Below the pieces are notes generated by a model. The model was given only the letters and a program-made list of their open reading frames with translations. It made no database searches and was not told the origin of the DNA. Below, piece after piece: positions 9,305 to 18,605 of a DNA stretch of 32,000 bases (positions within the stretch are counted from its first letter, which is position 1; every line of letters begins with the position of its first letter). Source of the stretch: an uncultured bacterium (GTDB lineage: Bacteria; Bacillota_I; Bacilli_A; RF39; UBA660); NCBI GenBank assembly GCA_959020415.1, contig CAUERX010000009.1, forward strand, positions 497 through 32,496. Direction: 5' to 3'. Made by a program: the position numbers and the translations under genes.

Positions 9305-9742
9305 ATGGCAAGACATTTTTGTGCATCAGCATTTGTAATTAATCCAAAGAATAAAAAAATATTATTAGTGAAACATCACTTATTTGATAAATGGGTACAA
9401 CCGGGAGGGCATATTGAAGACGATGAGACTCCAGAGGAGGCAGCCGCTCGTGAAGTTTTTGAAGAAACAGGAATCAGAATTAAATTAATTGGTGAACGCT
9501 TTCCAAGGGAAGATGATATGATTAGGCCGCTTGGAATTCAATGCAATCGTAAAGATAATGGTGATAAGCATTTTGATATTATTTATGCAGCTATTCCAAA
9601 TAATGGTGATGCTGATTTAATTGTAAGTGATGAAAGTACAGGAATTGGATGGTTTTCAAGAAATGAACTTGAAAATTTACCAATATTTCCTGACGTAAAA
9701 ATTACGATGGATTATATTTTAAAAAAATATTTTAGTAGTTAA
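9305..9742 (+). CDS. NUDIX hydrolase
   Basis: Nudix box GGHIEDDETPEEAAAREVFEETGI. ATG 9305. Confidence 0.85.
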   Translation: MARHFCASAFVINPKNKKILLVKHHLFDKWVQPGGHIEDDETPEEAAAREVFEETGIRIKLIGERFPREDDMIRPLGIQCNRKDNGDKHFDIIYAAIPNNGDADLIVSDESTGIGWFSRNELENLPIFPDVKITMDYILKKYFSS

Positions 9743-9772
9743 AAAAGTACTTCAAATTTGAAGTACTTTTTT
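9743..9772. terminator. Bidirectional terminator between convergent genes
   Basis: Perfect palindrome AGTACTTCAAA/TTTGAAGTACT flanked by an A-run and a T-run. Confidence 0.75.
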
Positions 9773-10790
9773 AACGAATAATACCAGTAAAAACTAGAAC
9801 TAAGAATAAAAGGTAGAAGGCACCGCAAGTAAGTAGCATTTTTACAGTCATATGGTCTTTAGCTTTTAATTCAAAAAGTAGCAAACTAGCTGATGTTATT
9901 GCAATAATAGCTGAAAGGATAGTTCCAGTGTTAGTTAATGACCAGTCAGTTAGTAGAATACCAATACCGGGAAGAATAGATGCTTGAAACATCATAGCTC
10001 CAGTTATATTTCCTAAAGCAAGGGTATCTTTTTCTCTAGATATCCAAATAACGCTGTTAAATTTTTCTGGAAGTTCGGTAGCAATGGGTGTTATGATAAT
10101 AGCAAGGACAAATGCGGGAATGTGTAAAAGTGCTGAAATATAACTAATTGAATCTACGAATTTTTCTGCTCCAATAATAATTAAAATTAGGGCAAGGACT
10201 GCTTGAATAACAACAAGGATAATGACGTTTTTATGTTTCATTATTTTTTTACTGTGGAAAGAAAAATATAAATCTGGTAAGTCACTATTTTCTTCTCTAG
10301 TTTCTTTAACTAATTTTAAAATATAGATAAAATAGCTCAGAAACAAAACGAATGCTAAGAAAATTTTAAGGCTTTTAAGAGTCTCTGGTAGTAGTCCACA
10401 GCCTAGAGCTATAAGAAAGGCAAAAATGAAAAATTTTAAGTCGTGTGAGATATTTTCAGTATTAACTATTACTTTATCGTGATGTTTTCTTTTTTTCTTA
10501 AAGGCAATAACAGCGCATCCTGTTACGAACATAGTTAAGGTTGAAAGCATAAGTGGTGCACCTAAGATTGCTCCAATTCCAATTTCATTCGAGTGTTCAT
10601 TATTACCTGAGAATAGTGCGATGATTGGGATTAGAGTTTCTGGTAAAGCGGTACCAATAGCGGCTAAAACCGATCCCACAGCCCCTTCTGATAGCTTTAA
10701 TAGTTTACCTAACCATTCAATAGCGTTTACAAATAATTCAGCTGCAATTAAGATAATTATTAAACTTATGAATAATATAATAAATTCCAT
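9771..10790 (-). CDS. Sodium/calcium exchanger (CaCA) family membrane protein
   Basis: 339 aa, polytopic, with two alpha-repeat-like motifs (GSVLAAIGTALPE and GNITGAMMFQASIL). Confidence 0.75.
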   Translation of the reverse strand: MEFIILFISLIIILIAAELFVNAIEWLGKLLKLSEGAVGSVLAAIGTALPETLIPIIALFSGNNEHSNEIGIGAILGAPLMLSTLTMFVTGCAVIAFKKKRKHHDKVIVNTENISHDLKFFIFAFLIALGCGLLPETLKSLKIFLAFVLFLSYFIYILKLVKETREENSDLPDLYFSFHSKKIMKHKNVIILVVIQAVLALILIIIGAEKFVDSISYISALLHIPAFVLAIIITPIATELPEKFNSVIWISREKDTLALGNITGAMMFQASILPGIGILLTDWSLTNTGTILSAIIAITSASLLLFELKAKDHMTVKMLLTCGAFYLLFLVLVFTGIIR

Positions 10791-10849
10791 ATTTTATCAC
10801 CTTTTTCATAATACTCTCGTTTTAAATTTTAGTCAATAAAATAAACTCT

Positions 10850-11485
10850 TTATTTTAAGAGTTTATCAAGTTCTTTATTAATTTTATTGTTTAGTTTTCT
10901 TTTAGTTTTTTTAATAGTCTTTTTGCGATATTTTTTGCTGAAGATACAAAGAATAATTATAAGTATTAATAGGGCACTGGCGATATAATATTCGGTATAG
11001 TCTTCTTTATATTCTCCCCATATTCCTACCTTATCTTTTTTTGCTTGTTTTTCTAATTGTTGGAGATCAAGAGTATATTTATAATCACCATATAAATAAG
11101 CAACTTTGGCAAGACCATTTTCAATTAGTTTTCCTTGTAAAAGTTCGCCATCGACAAAAACCCAAGCTAAATCTCGATCATATTTATCAGTTTTATCGCT
11201 GTTTGGATCATATTCTAGTTTAATCTTTTTGGCTTTTTTTAATTCATTACATGTGTAATTACTGGCTTCTTTACCGAATGGTTCTTTACCTTTAGTTGGA
11301 TGTTTGGTTTCAGGGGTGTCAATGGCTAGAAATCTAACTTTAGTTTCTTTGTTATTTACAGTAAAGGTTGCGGTATCACCATCGACACATTTACTTAATT
11401 TTATTTCCTGTTCTTGAGCATTTACAAGATTTATACTAGCTAAAAAGCAGATCGCTATGCTGATAATTATTTTGTTTGTTTTCAT
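10850..11485 (-). CDS. Secreted, membrane-anchored thermonuclease (staphylococcal nuclease family)
   Basis: Signal peptide, then DGDTATF...VRFLAIDTPETKHP...EPFGKEAS...DKYDRDLAWVF, and a C-terminal TM anchor. A terminator hairpin overlaps the stop codon (10841-10866). Confidence 0.85.
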   Translation of the reverse strand: MKTNKIIISIAICFLASINLVNAQEQEIKLSKCVDGDTATFTVNNKETKVRFLAIDTPETKHPTKGKEPFGKEASNYTCNELKKAKKIKLEYDPNSDKTDKYDRDLAWVFVDGELLQGKLIENGLAKVAYLYGDYKYTLDLQQLEKQAKKDKVGIWGEYKEDYTEYYIASALLILIIILCIFSKKYRKKTIKKTKRKLNNKINKELDKLLK

Positions 11486-11751
11486 ATTTTTACCTCACTA
11501 TACTATTATACAAAAAAATATGATAAAATCCTAGTTAATATTAAAAAGACAACTTTATATGTTGTCATTTCAGACTGTTGACAAAAGAGAAAGAAAATTG
11601 TTAACGATCTTTTAATTTTGAAAAAAATGTATTATAATTAACATGTAAGGTTGCTTTATTATTTCCAAATTAAAAGCTTACTAAAACTTACTTTTTATTT
11701 ATATTTTTGGCATAATTATATTGTAAATAATAAAGAAAGTAAGTGATATTT

Positions 11752-12436
11752 ATGTTAACCAAAAGACCACAAAGACAATATGTAAGTTAAATAGTAAATT
11801 TAGAAGATATGATACCACAAAATCATTTTTTAAGAGTAATAGAAAAATATTTTAATTGGAATTTTATATATGAAGAAGTAGAAAAACAATATTCATTATT
11901 TGGAAGACCAAGTATAGATCCAGTGGAATTGTTTAAAATTTGCATATTAAAGTTTCTTTTTCACGAAGATAGCTTAAGAAGAACATATGAAAATTTAAAA
12001 TATAATAATTTGTATTGATGGTTTATTGGATACAATTTAAATGAAGAAGTACCAATCATTCAACATACTCTCAAAATTATAAAAGAAGATTTTGCAAGTT
12101 AGAAAAAGATATATTACAAATAGTATTTGATAAAGTAATAGATTTATTAATAGAACATAACTGTTTAGATATGATTGTTATATATATTGACTCAACGAAT
12201 ACTAAAAGCATGCGCCAATAAAAAGAAAAATCATAAAGAATTAATAAAAATAGAAGCAAAAAAATATCAAAAAGGATTAGAATTGGAAATAGCTTTAAAA
12301 GCTTTTCGAGAAGATGATTTTAAACAGTTGATGGATATTTTATCACCAAGCAAGAAAGATAAGATTGTATAGGATAAAAGTTCTTTAGATGGTAAGCGGG
12401 AAGTTTTAGATTTCCTTAAGCCAAATAATGTGTAAA
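11752..12436 (+). pseudogene. Decayed IS1182-family (IS5-like) transposase, N-terminal half only
   Basis: ...LEDMIPQNHFLRVIEKYF...FGRPSIDPVELFKICILKFLF...LY*WFIGYNL...NHSTYSQNYKRRF...IYIDSTNTK...ANKKKNHKE is recoverable only by joining three frames. In-frame stops: TAA 11788-11790 and TGA 12016-12018. No DDE C-terminal half is present. Confidence 0.6.
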
Positions 12437-12438
12437 TA

Positions 12439-12910
12439 TTGGATTTATCCACCGAAAAACAAAACACTTCTAAAATCGAAGAAGAATCTTTCAATAGACT
12501 AGTCTCAGCTGAAGATTCTTTAAATGGTGATGCGAGGTTGATTGAGGTGATTGCTTCAAGTGAAGGTTCAGGAATTGATGATGACCGAATAAGTTTTGAA
12601 ACTGGAGTTAATAACGGGCATCTACCTTCTTTATATTTTGATTTAAGTGATGATGATAAATCTAAGTTAGGTTCTGAATTTGTTAGTAGGTATTAATCGG
12701 TAATGGCATATTATAAGAAAAATGGAACTGTGAATGTTCCTTATGATAAAATGTATTATTTTCCGCTTAACATTGGGGAGAAAGGCTCTTACCCAATTGG
12801 CAAGCATTTACACGATATAAGATGAAAGTATTTTTCGGGAAAAATTTCTAGCTTGGAAAAGAAACTATGGGAAGATTTATTGAAGGTTCAAAATTATATT
12901 TATCTTTAGA
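12439..12910 (+). pseudogene. Gene debris: an 85-aa ORF plus a helicase-associated (HA)-domain-like remnant interrupted by a TGA
   Basis: The ORF 12439-12696 has no recognisable family. It is followed by ...AYYKKNGTVNVPYDK...IGKHLHDIR*KYFSGKISSLEKKLWEDL, which resembles an HA-domain repeat but is broken. The assignment is weak. Confidence 0.3.
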
Positions 12911-13225
12911 AAACAAGCCGAGATATTGAAAAACTGATAGGAACTTTCTGGAGACTTTTAGTAATTTAAACTTTGAAAATGATAGTCTTGAAGCAATTGT
13001 TAATGGAAAAAAGTAGGAAGAAGAAGATAGACCTTTTTTTAGTTAAATTAAAAGAATTTTTGGTTATTATTTTGAGTATACTTAAATAATGCTTTTAATA
13101 AGCTAATAGATTCGATTAATAAGATGATTTTTATTATGTTATTTTGGTGTTATCCTTTACTTTTATTTACAATCTGCCTTGGAAGTGATATAATTATTCC
13201 TAGCGCCAGAGAGAGAGGTTTTTTT

Positions 13226-15037
13226 ATGAACAAAAGAAATATAGCAATTATTGCTCACGTAGACCACGGGAAAACAACCCTTGTGGATAAATTATTACAA
13301 ATGTCGGGAACATTTAGAGAAAATGAAGAGGTAGTTAACTGTGTTATGGATTCTAACGCGATCGAAAGGGAACGTGGAATTACTATTTTAGCTAAAACAA
13401 CTGCTATTGATTATAAAGGATATCGTATTAATATTTTAGATACTCCAGGCCATGCTGATTTTGGTGGGGAAGTTGAACGTATCATGAATATGGTTGACGG
13501 AGTATTATTGGTAGTTGATTCATATGAGGGAACAATGCCACAAACACGCTTTGTTCTTAAGAAGGCATTAGAAGCTAAGGTAACACCTATCGTTGTTGTT
13601 AACAAGGTTGATAAGGATTCAGCGCGTCCTAAAGAAGTAGTGGATGAAGTTTTAGATTTATTTATTGAGCTTGGTGCGAGTATTGAACAACTTGATTTTC
13701 CAGTTATTTATGCTTCAGGTTTGTCAGGAACGTCTTCTTTAGATCCAGATGTAAGTACACAAAAGCCAACAATGGATCCAATTTTAGATGCGGTTATTGA
13801 ACATATTCCAGAACCAGATGTTGATTCGGAGGGATCATTACAATTTCAACCTGCATTATTAGATTATAACGACTTTGTTGGACGTATCGGTGTAGGTTTA
13901 ATTAAACGCGGAACTTTAAAACTTAATAGTATGGCTTCTTGTGTGAGACTTGATGGAAGTATTAAACAATTTAGAGTTCAGAAAATATTTGGTTATTTAG
14001 GGTTACAAAAGCTAGAAATTTCAGAAGCGCATGCTGGAGATATTGTAGCTATTGCAGGTCTTCCAGATATTTCTGTTGGTGAAACAGTTTGTGAAGTTGG
14101 CAAGGAAGAAGCTTTACCTCATTTACGTATTGATGAGCCAACTTTGCAGATGACTTTTGGGGTTAATACTAGCCCATTTAATGGTCGTGAAGGGAAGTTT
14201 TTAACTGCTCGCAAGATAGAAGAAAGATTAATTAAGGAAACCGAAAAAGATGTTTCTTTAAAATTCGAACAAGTTGATTCAGAATCATGGATGGTTTCTG
14301 GTCGTGGAGAATTGCATTTATCTATTTTAATTGAAAATATGCGTCGTGAAGGGTATGAATTACAAGTTTCTAAACCACAAATTATTACAAAAGAGATTGA
14401 TGGAAAACTTTGTGAACCATTTGAAGATGTTCAGATTGATGTTCCTGAAGAATATGTAGGAAATGTTATTGAATTATTAGGTGCTCGCGGTGGTATGATG
14501 GAAAACATGGAAAATCGTGAAAGACAAGTTCGCTTAAACTATACAATTCCATCTCGTGGTCTTATTGGATTTATGACTGAGTTTATGACATTGACTAAAG
14601 GATATGGAATGATTAATCATACGTTTAAAGAATATTTACCTATGGTATCAACTGCTGTTGGTCAAAGAAAAAACGGTGTTCTTGTATCAATGGAGAATGG
14701 GAAAGCAACTGCTTATTCTTTAGGGGCTTTGGAAGATCGCGGAATTATGTTTATTGGTCCAGGTACTGAAGTTTATGAAGGTATGATTGTTGGTGAAAAT
14801 AATCACGATAATGATTTAGCAGTTAATGTTGTTAAGGGTAAGAATTTAACTAATACACGTTCAGCTGGTAAGGATAACACAGTTGTTTTAAAACGTCCTC
14901 GCGAAATGAGCTTGGAAGTTTGCCTAGATTATATTAATGAAGATGAACTAGTTGAAGTTACACCACTTAACTATCGTTTACGTAAGAAAATATTAAATGC
15001 TAATGACCGTAAAAAATACAACAATAAGAAAAATTAG
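13226..15037 (+). CDS. typA: Translational GTPase TypA/BipA
   Basis: ATG 13226 after GAGAGAGG. Contains NIAIIAHVDHGKTTLVD, DTPGHADFGGEV and NKVDK. The 34-codon upstream extension in the track is hydrophobic junk with no RBS. Confidence 0.95.
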   Translation: MNKRNIAIIAHVDHGKTTLVDKLLQMSGTFRENEEVVNCVMDSNAIERERGITILAKTTAIDYKGYRINILDTPGHADFGGEVERIMNMVDGVLLVVDSYEGTMPQTRFVLKKALEAKVTPIVVVNKVDKDSARPKEVVDEVLDLFIELGASIEQLDFPVIYASGLSGTSSLDPDVSTQKPTMDPILDAVIEHIPEPDVDSEGSLQFQPALLDYNDFVGRIGVGLIKRGTLKLNSMASCVRLDGSIKQFRVQKIFGYLGLQKLEISEAHAGDIVAIAGLPDISVGETVCEVGKEEALPHLRIDEPTLQMTFGVNTSPFNGREGKFLTARKIEERLIKETEKDVSLKFEQVDSESWMVSGRGELHLSILIENMRREGYELQVSKPQIITKEIDGKLCEPFEDVQIDVPEEYVGNVIELLGARGGMMENMENRERQVRLNYTIPSRGLIGFMTEFMTLTKGYGMINHTFKEYLPMVSTAVGQRKNGVLVSMENGKATAYSLGALEDRGIMFIGPGTEVYEGMIVGENNHDNDLAVNVVKGKNLTNTRSAGKDNTVVLKRPREMSLEVCLDYINEDELVEVTPLNYRLRKKILNANDRKKYNNKKN

Positions 15038-15072
15038 TGATTTTTCGATTTTCTTACCATTGTTTATTATTA

Positions 15073-15097
15073 GGCTACTATTTATGTAGCTTTTTTT
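15073..15097 (+). terminator. Rho-independent terminator after typA
   Basis: GGCTAC-TATTTAT-GTAGCT hairpin followed by T7. Confidence 0.6.
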
Positions 15098-15284
15098 AAA
15101 AGGCTATTAGTTTTAAAAGTTAAAAAGTGTAAATATTTTAGGAACTTTTCTTATCTATTTGCATATTATTTAAATATATGTTATATTATATCTGGTTTAA
15201 AAATTATTATGTCCCTTCCTTTTATTAAATAAGAAGTCAGGTCAATAGTTCTAAATCAAATATTTTAAAAGGAGGGAAAGTTCA

Positions 15285-15473
15285 ATGGAAAAGCAAGATA
15301 AGACAATTATTTGTAAAGATTGTGGTCAAGAATTTATTTTCACTGTTGGTGAACAAGAATTCTACGAAGAAAAAGGTTTCGCTAACGAGCCTGTTAGATG
15401 TAAAGAATGTCGTGATAAAAGAAAAGCTGATAAAGCATCTTTTAACAACAGATATGAAGACAGAAATAACTAA
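15285..15473 (+). CDS. Small zinc-ribbon domain protein
   Basis: 62 aa; CKDCG...CKECR (two CxxC pairs); AAGGAGGG RBS. Confidence 0.7.
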   Translation: MEKQDKTIICKDCGQEFIFTVGEQEFYEEKGFANEPVRCKECRDKRKADKASFNNRYEDRNN

Positions 15474-15490
15474 TTAGTTAACTAATAAAA

Positions 15491-15513
15491 ACTCCTAACT
15501 TAGATTAGGAGTT
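15491..15513. terminator. Bidirectional terminator
   Basis: ACTCCTAA-CTTAGA-TTAGGAGT hairpin flanked by A-rich and T-rich runs. Overlaps the stop codon of the minus-strand lipoprotein gene. Confidence 0.65.
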
Positions 15514-16194
15514 TTCTTTTGTTTTATAAGTTGTTTCGAATTTTACTTCTTCTTTATTGTCAAAGGAAGGGATAATAGAAATTTCGTAGTTATAAGCGTT
15601 TTCAAATGATATTTTTATATCAGGGCTATTATAGTTAATACTTTTTCTGATAACAATAGTTCCTCCTTTCATTTTTTCTTTATGGTATAGCAAATCAACA
15701 TCTTGATATTTATCATTATCATTTAATTCAATAGCGTTGATTTTAAAGTTTTTAATTTCTTTGTTTAGTTTAATAATAATAAAATTAGAAGTTTTATCGA
15801 GAAGAATATTAGTGTTATCATCATTTAGTTCTTGGTTTTTTTCGTATGAAATATCATAAAAATCAGTATCGTTGTATTTAGCTTCTAATTTTTTTAGATA
15901 TGGTCCAATTTTATTGTTTTTTGCGTATTTATCTTCATAACCTAAATAATCATCAGATACACTGTAGTAATAAGCGTTTTTTGTAGTTTTAATAGTTAAT
16001 TTATTATCTAAATTATCAATTTTATTATTAGAAGTAAATGTAGTATCTAATAGTTTAGTAATTTTGTTATAGTCTTCTTTTAAAATGGTCGTGTCGTTAT
16101 ATTTTATTTCAGTTATTTTTCCTTCTATTTCTACTTTGTTGGTACAACCAGTTAAGATAAATATAATAGTAAGTGCGAGTAAAAGTTTTTTCAT
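15505..16194 (-). CDS. Lipoprotein of unknown function
   Basis: MKKLLLALTIIFILTGC lipobox. ATG 16194 follows AGGTGA; the track's GTG start at 16203 lies inside that RBS. Confidence 0.75.
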   Translation of the reverse strand: MKKLLLALTIIFILTGCTNKVEIEGKITEIKYNDTTILKEDYNKITKLLDTTFTSNNKIDNLDNKLTIKTTKNAYYYSVSDDYLGYEDKYAKNNKIGPYLKKLEAKYNDTDFYDISYEKNQELNDDNTNILLDKTSNFIIIKLNKEIKNFKINAIELNDNDKYQDVDLLYHKEKMKGGTIVIRKSINYNSPDIKISFENAYNYEISIIPSFDNKEEVKFETTYKTKENS

Positions 16195-16253
16195 AGTAAT
16201 CACCTGTTTTTATTATGATTATTTGCACGAAAAAAATACTTGTAAAAGTATTT

Positions 16254-16817
16254 TTATTTTTGCGTTTTATTTTTTAAATAATAGTTACGTAGTTCTTTAA
16301 ATCTTTGATAATGAACTATTTCTCTTTCACGTAGGAAAGATAATGGCGCTAATAAATCTGGGTCATCAGTTAAGTCCATTAAATGTTCATAGGTTGCACG
16401 TGCACGTTGTTCTGCACCCATATCACTTTCTAAGTCGGCAATATAGTCACCAGCAACTTTAATATAAGTCATGTTAAATGGATTCCCGAATGAGTCTGAT
16501 GGAAATAAATCTCTACCGAATTGTGCGTATTGTTCGCCTAGTCCAGCAGCTTTTAATTCTTCGGTAGTAGCACCTTGCATTAATTGATATAGCATTGCTG
16601 AAATAATTTCAACATGGGCAAGCTCTTCAGTACCGATATCGGTGAGTAGTGCTTTTCCACGGTCATCAGGCATGTTATATCTTTGATCAAGATATTGCCA
16701 GCTAGCAGCTAGTTCTCCGGCTGGACCACCATATTGTGTTAAAATATATTTAGCCATTTTTAAGTCTTTTTTCTTAATGTTAACTGGATATTGTAACTTT
16801 TTTTCGTATTTCCACAT
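16254..16817 (-). CDS. cotJC: Spore coat protein CotJC (manganese-catalase family)
   Basis: MWKYEKKLQYPV...YGGPAGELAASWQYLDQRY...GTEELAHVEIISAMLYQL. Confidence 0.9.
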   Translation of the reverse strand: MWKYEKKLQYPVNIKKKDLKMAKYILTQYGGPAGELAASWQYLDQRYNMPDDRGKALLTDIGTEELAHVEIISAMLYQLMQGATTEELKAAGLGEQYAQFGRDLFPSDSFGNPFNMTYIKVAGDYIADLESDMGAEQRARATYEHLMDLTDDPDLLAPLSFLREREIVHYQRFKELRNYYLKNKTQK

Positions 16818-16831
16818 GATTATTTTCCTCC

Positions 16832-17479
16832 TTATTTATTTTCCCAAGGCCATGGTGAGTTGTTCCAAGCCCATGGATATGTTGTACTTGCGTCCACAAA
16901 TAATGGACCATATTTCTTTTCATATTCTGCCATAATTTTATTTGTTTGATCGGTGTATTCTTTGAATAATTCGATCATGTCTCTATCTTCTGGATTATTA
17001 TCTAGATATAGATTTAAATCGTGGGCAGCAAAGCTATAAGCATCAATATAAGTTAACATTTCTGCTTGTTCATTCATTGGTTCGATATCGAATGGTTTAG
17101 CTATTTTGTAAGTGTTATATAAATCTGGGAACATATTACCACGAATAAATCCACCATAAACATCATATACATTATTTGGATCTATTTGTTGGTTATAATT
17201 ACATTTGTTGAAGTTCATATCATCTCCAGCTTGAGTTGCTAATTTTTTCATTAATTTTGGATCTTTTTTGAAATTGTTTTGTTTTTTCTTCGGCATAGGC
17301 ATTTGCCCTTGTGGCATCTGATTAGGCATCATTTGACTTTGTTGCATTTGTGCGTTTGGCATTTGATTGGTCATCATTTGGTCATTTTGAAATTGATTTT
17401 GATTAGGCATACTTTGCATTTGATTTAAGTAGGCAAAATCGCTTGGCATAAAATAATTCATATTTGAATAGTTATTCAT
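16832..17479 (-). CDS. CotJA-CotJB fusion-like spore coat protein with a Q/M/N/P-rich N-terminus
   Basis: C-terminus has CotJB motifs (FAAHDLNLYLDNNPEDRD...YEKKYGPL...PWAWNNSPWPWE). The middle resembles CotJA (GGFIRGNMFPDLYNTY). N-terminus is MPNQNQFQNDQMMTNQMPNAQMQQSQMMPNQMPQGQMPMP. Sits directly upstream of cotJC. Confidence 0.75.
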   Translation of the reverse strand: MNNYSNMNYFMPSDFAYLNQMQSMPNQNQFQNDQMMTNQMPNAQMQQSQMMPNQMPQGQMPMPKKKQNNFKKDPKLMKKLATQAGDDMNFNKCNYNQQIDPNNVYDVYGGFIRGNMFPDLYNTYKIAKPFDIEPMNEQAEMLTYIDAYSFAAHDLNLYLDNNPEDRDMIELFKEYTDQTNKIMAEYEKKYGPLFVDASTTYPWAWNNSPWPWENK

Positions 17480-17621
17480 CTAATTACCCTCCTCAATTTT
17501 AGGTTATGAAATTTGGGATAATGTGAATGGGTTATTAACTAAATTTTACATTTATATAGGAAATTATAATAAAAAGCCTTGTAAAAATGTTAAATAACTG
17601 ATAAAATATTATCTGTTACAT

Positions 17622-17698
17622 GGCGTTGTTGGTGAAGTGGTTAACACAATGGATTGTGGTTCCATCATGCGTGGGTTCGATTCCCACACAGCGCCCCA
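17622..17698 (+). tRNA. tRNA-His: tRNA-His (anticodon GTG) with encoded G-1 and CCA
   Basis: Hand-folded cloverleaf: acceptor GCGTTGT/ACAGCGC plus G-1:C73; anticodon stem ATGGA/TCCAT with loop TTGTGGT (GTG at 17656-17658); T arm GTGGG-TTCGATT-CCCAC; 3' CCA. Confidence 0.9.
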
Positions 17699-17713
17699 TA
17701 TTAATAAATAAAG

Positions 17714-17739
17714 CGAATTTTTCATAAATTCGTTTTTTT
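17714..17739 (+). terminator. Rho-independent terminator after tRNA-His
   Basis: CGAATTT-TTCAT-AAATTCG hairpin followed by T7. Confidence 0.65.
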
Positions 17740-17774
17740 GTTGCAAATGGCGTATAATTGATTTAAGTGGTATT

Positions 17775-17939
17775 ATGAAACTTCAAAATAAAAAAATAAC
17801 TTATATTATAATGTGCGGTATTGTTGGAATTTTAATTGGGTTTTCTGCTCATCAATTAGATTCTTTGCTAGGAATAGTATTATTTACTTTAGGTGTTTTT
17901 ATGTTAGTTATATCTAGTATAAAAATTACTAGGATATAA
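17775..17939 (+). CDS. Possible 54-aa two-helix membrane peptide
   Basis: MKLQNKKITYIIMCGIVGILIGFSAHQLDSLLGIVLFTLGVFMLVISSIKITRI*. Weak RBS and below the ORF-track length cut-off. Confidence 0.3.
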   Translation: MKLQNKKITYIIMCGIVGILIGFSAHQLDSLLGIVLFTLGVFMLVISSIKITRI

Positions 17940-17957
17940 GATAAGGATGATAAGTTA

Positions 17958-18443
17958 ATGACTGGTTATAAAAATATTATTGAATTTTATAAAAATTATA
18001 TTAAACGTGAAGATATAATAAGAGCCAGGTTGGTTGATGAGAAGTGTTTCAGCACAAGGGTTAGAATCAGTAGTGGATTATACATTGCAGTTGATAATGT
18101 TAGGCAGTATTTTATTTAAAGAATTAAACTTAGATATTGGTGAACAACGACTTATGGAAATGTTATTTATGGTGAGGCATTTATTGGTGATATATCTGAT
18201 GTTGATGTTAATTATAAAGAAAAGAAGGCTGCTGAAAAAGATGCGCTTAAAAAATTACTTTCAACATTAAGTGAAGAAACTGCAAATTATTATTACGGGT
18301 TGTGGCTTGAAATGGGGTGCAATGAAACTTCATTATCTAAATTCACGTATCAATTAGATAAGATAGATGCAGTGATTGAAGCTAGAGTTTATGAAATTGA
18401 ACATAAGGTTGGAGGTTTATTTGATGAATTTTATTATCCTTAA
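17958..18443 (+). pseudogene. Frameshifted HD-domain phosphohydrolase-like gene (YfbR-type pattern)
   Basis: Three frames are needed: MTGYKNIIEFYKNYIKR.. / ..ESVVDYTLQLIMLGSILFKELNLDIGEQRLMEMLF / GEAFIGDISDVDVNYKEKKAAEKDALKKLL...KFTYQLDKIDAVIEA. The expected HD dyad just before GEAFIGD appears to have been deleted at the frameshift. Confidence 0.45.
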
Positions 18444-18534
18444 AAAGAAACTTTTGATAATGGAGTTTTAGAAAAATTATTTTTAGAGTTTCACGATATG
18501 TAGTTATTTAATTATTATTAATTACGAATTTTCC

Positions 18535-18563
18535 TTGTATTATTGTTGAAATGGTGTTAAAAT
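18535..18563 (+). promoter_or_regulatory. Candidate sigma-A promoter of the DGR operon
   Basis: TTGTAT (18535-18540), 17-nt spacer, extended -10 TGT-TAAAAT (18555-18563), about 45 nt upstream of the avd start. Confidence 0.4.
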
Positions 18564-18605
18564 AAGTAGCAAATTTATGGAATTTTATGGAAATAACAAA
18601 CAAGA

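Noticed and set aside
13124-13225. N-terminal extensions proposed by the ORF track: typA from 13124, spoIIQ-like from 3665, mbl from 4823, transferase from 7380, DUF421 from 8496, NUDIX from 9293, lipoprotein to 16203, DUF262 from 24628
   Set aside because: In each case an internal ATG preceded by a good Shine-Dalgarno coincides with the start of family homology. The upstream codons overlap terminators or promoters, or begin at non-ATG codons with no RBS.
17290-17440. Imperfect tandem DNA repeats (GGCATTTG/TTAGGCAT-like) as a standalone repeat element
   Set aside because: They are the antisense of the Q/M/N/P-rich low-complexity coding region of the CotJA-JB-like ORF, so they are coding repeats rather than an independent element.
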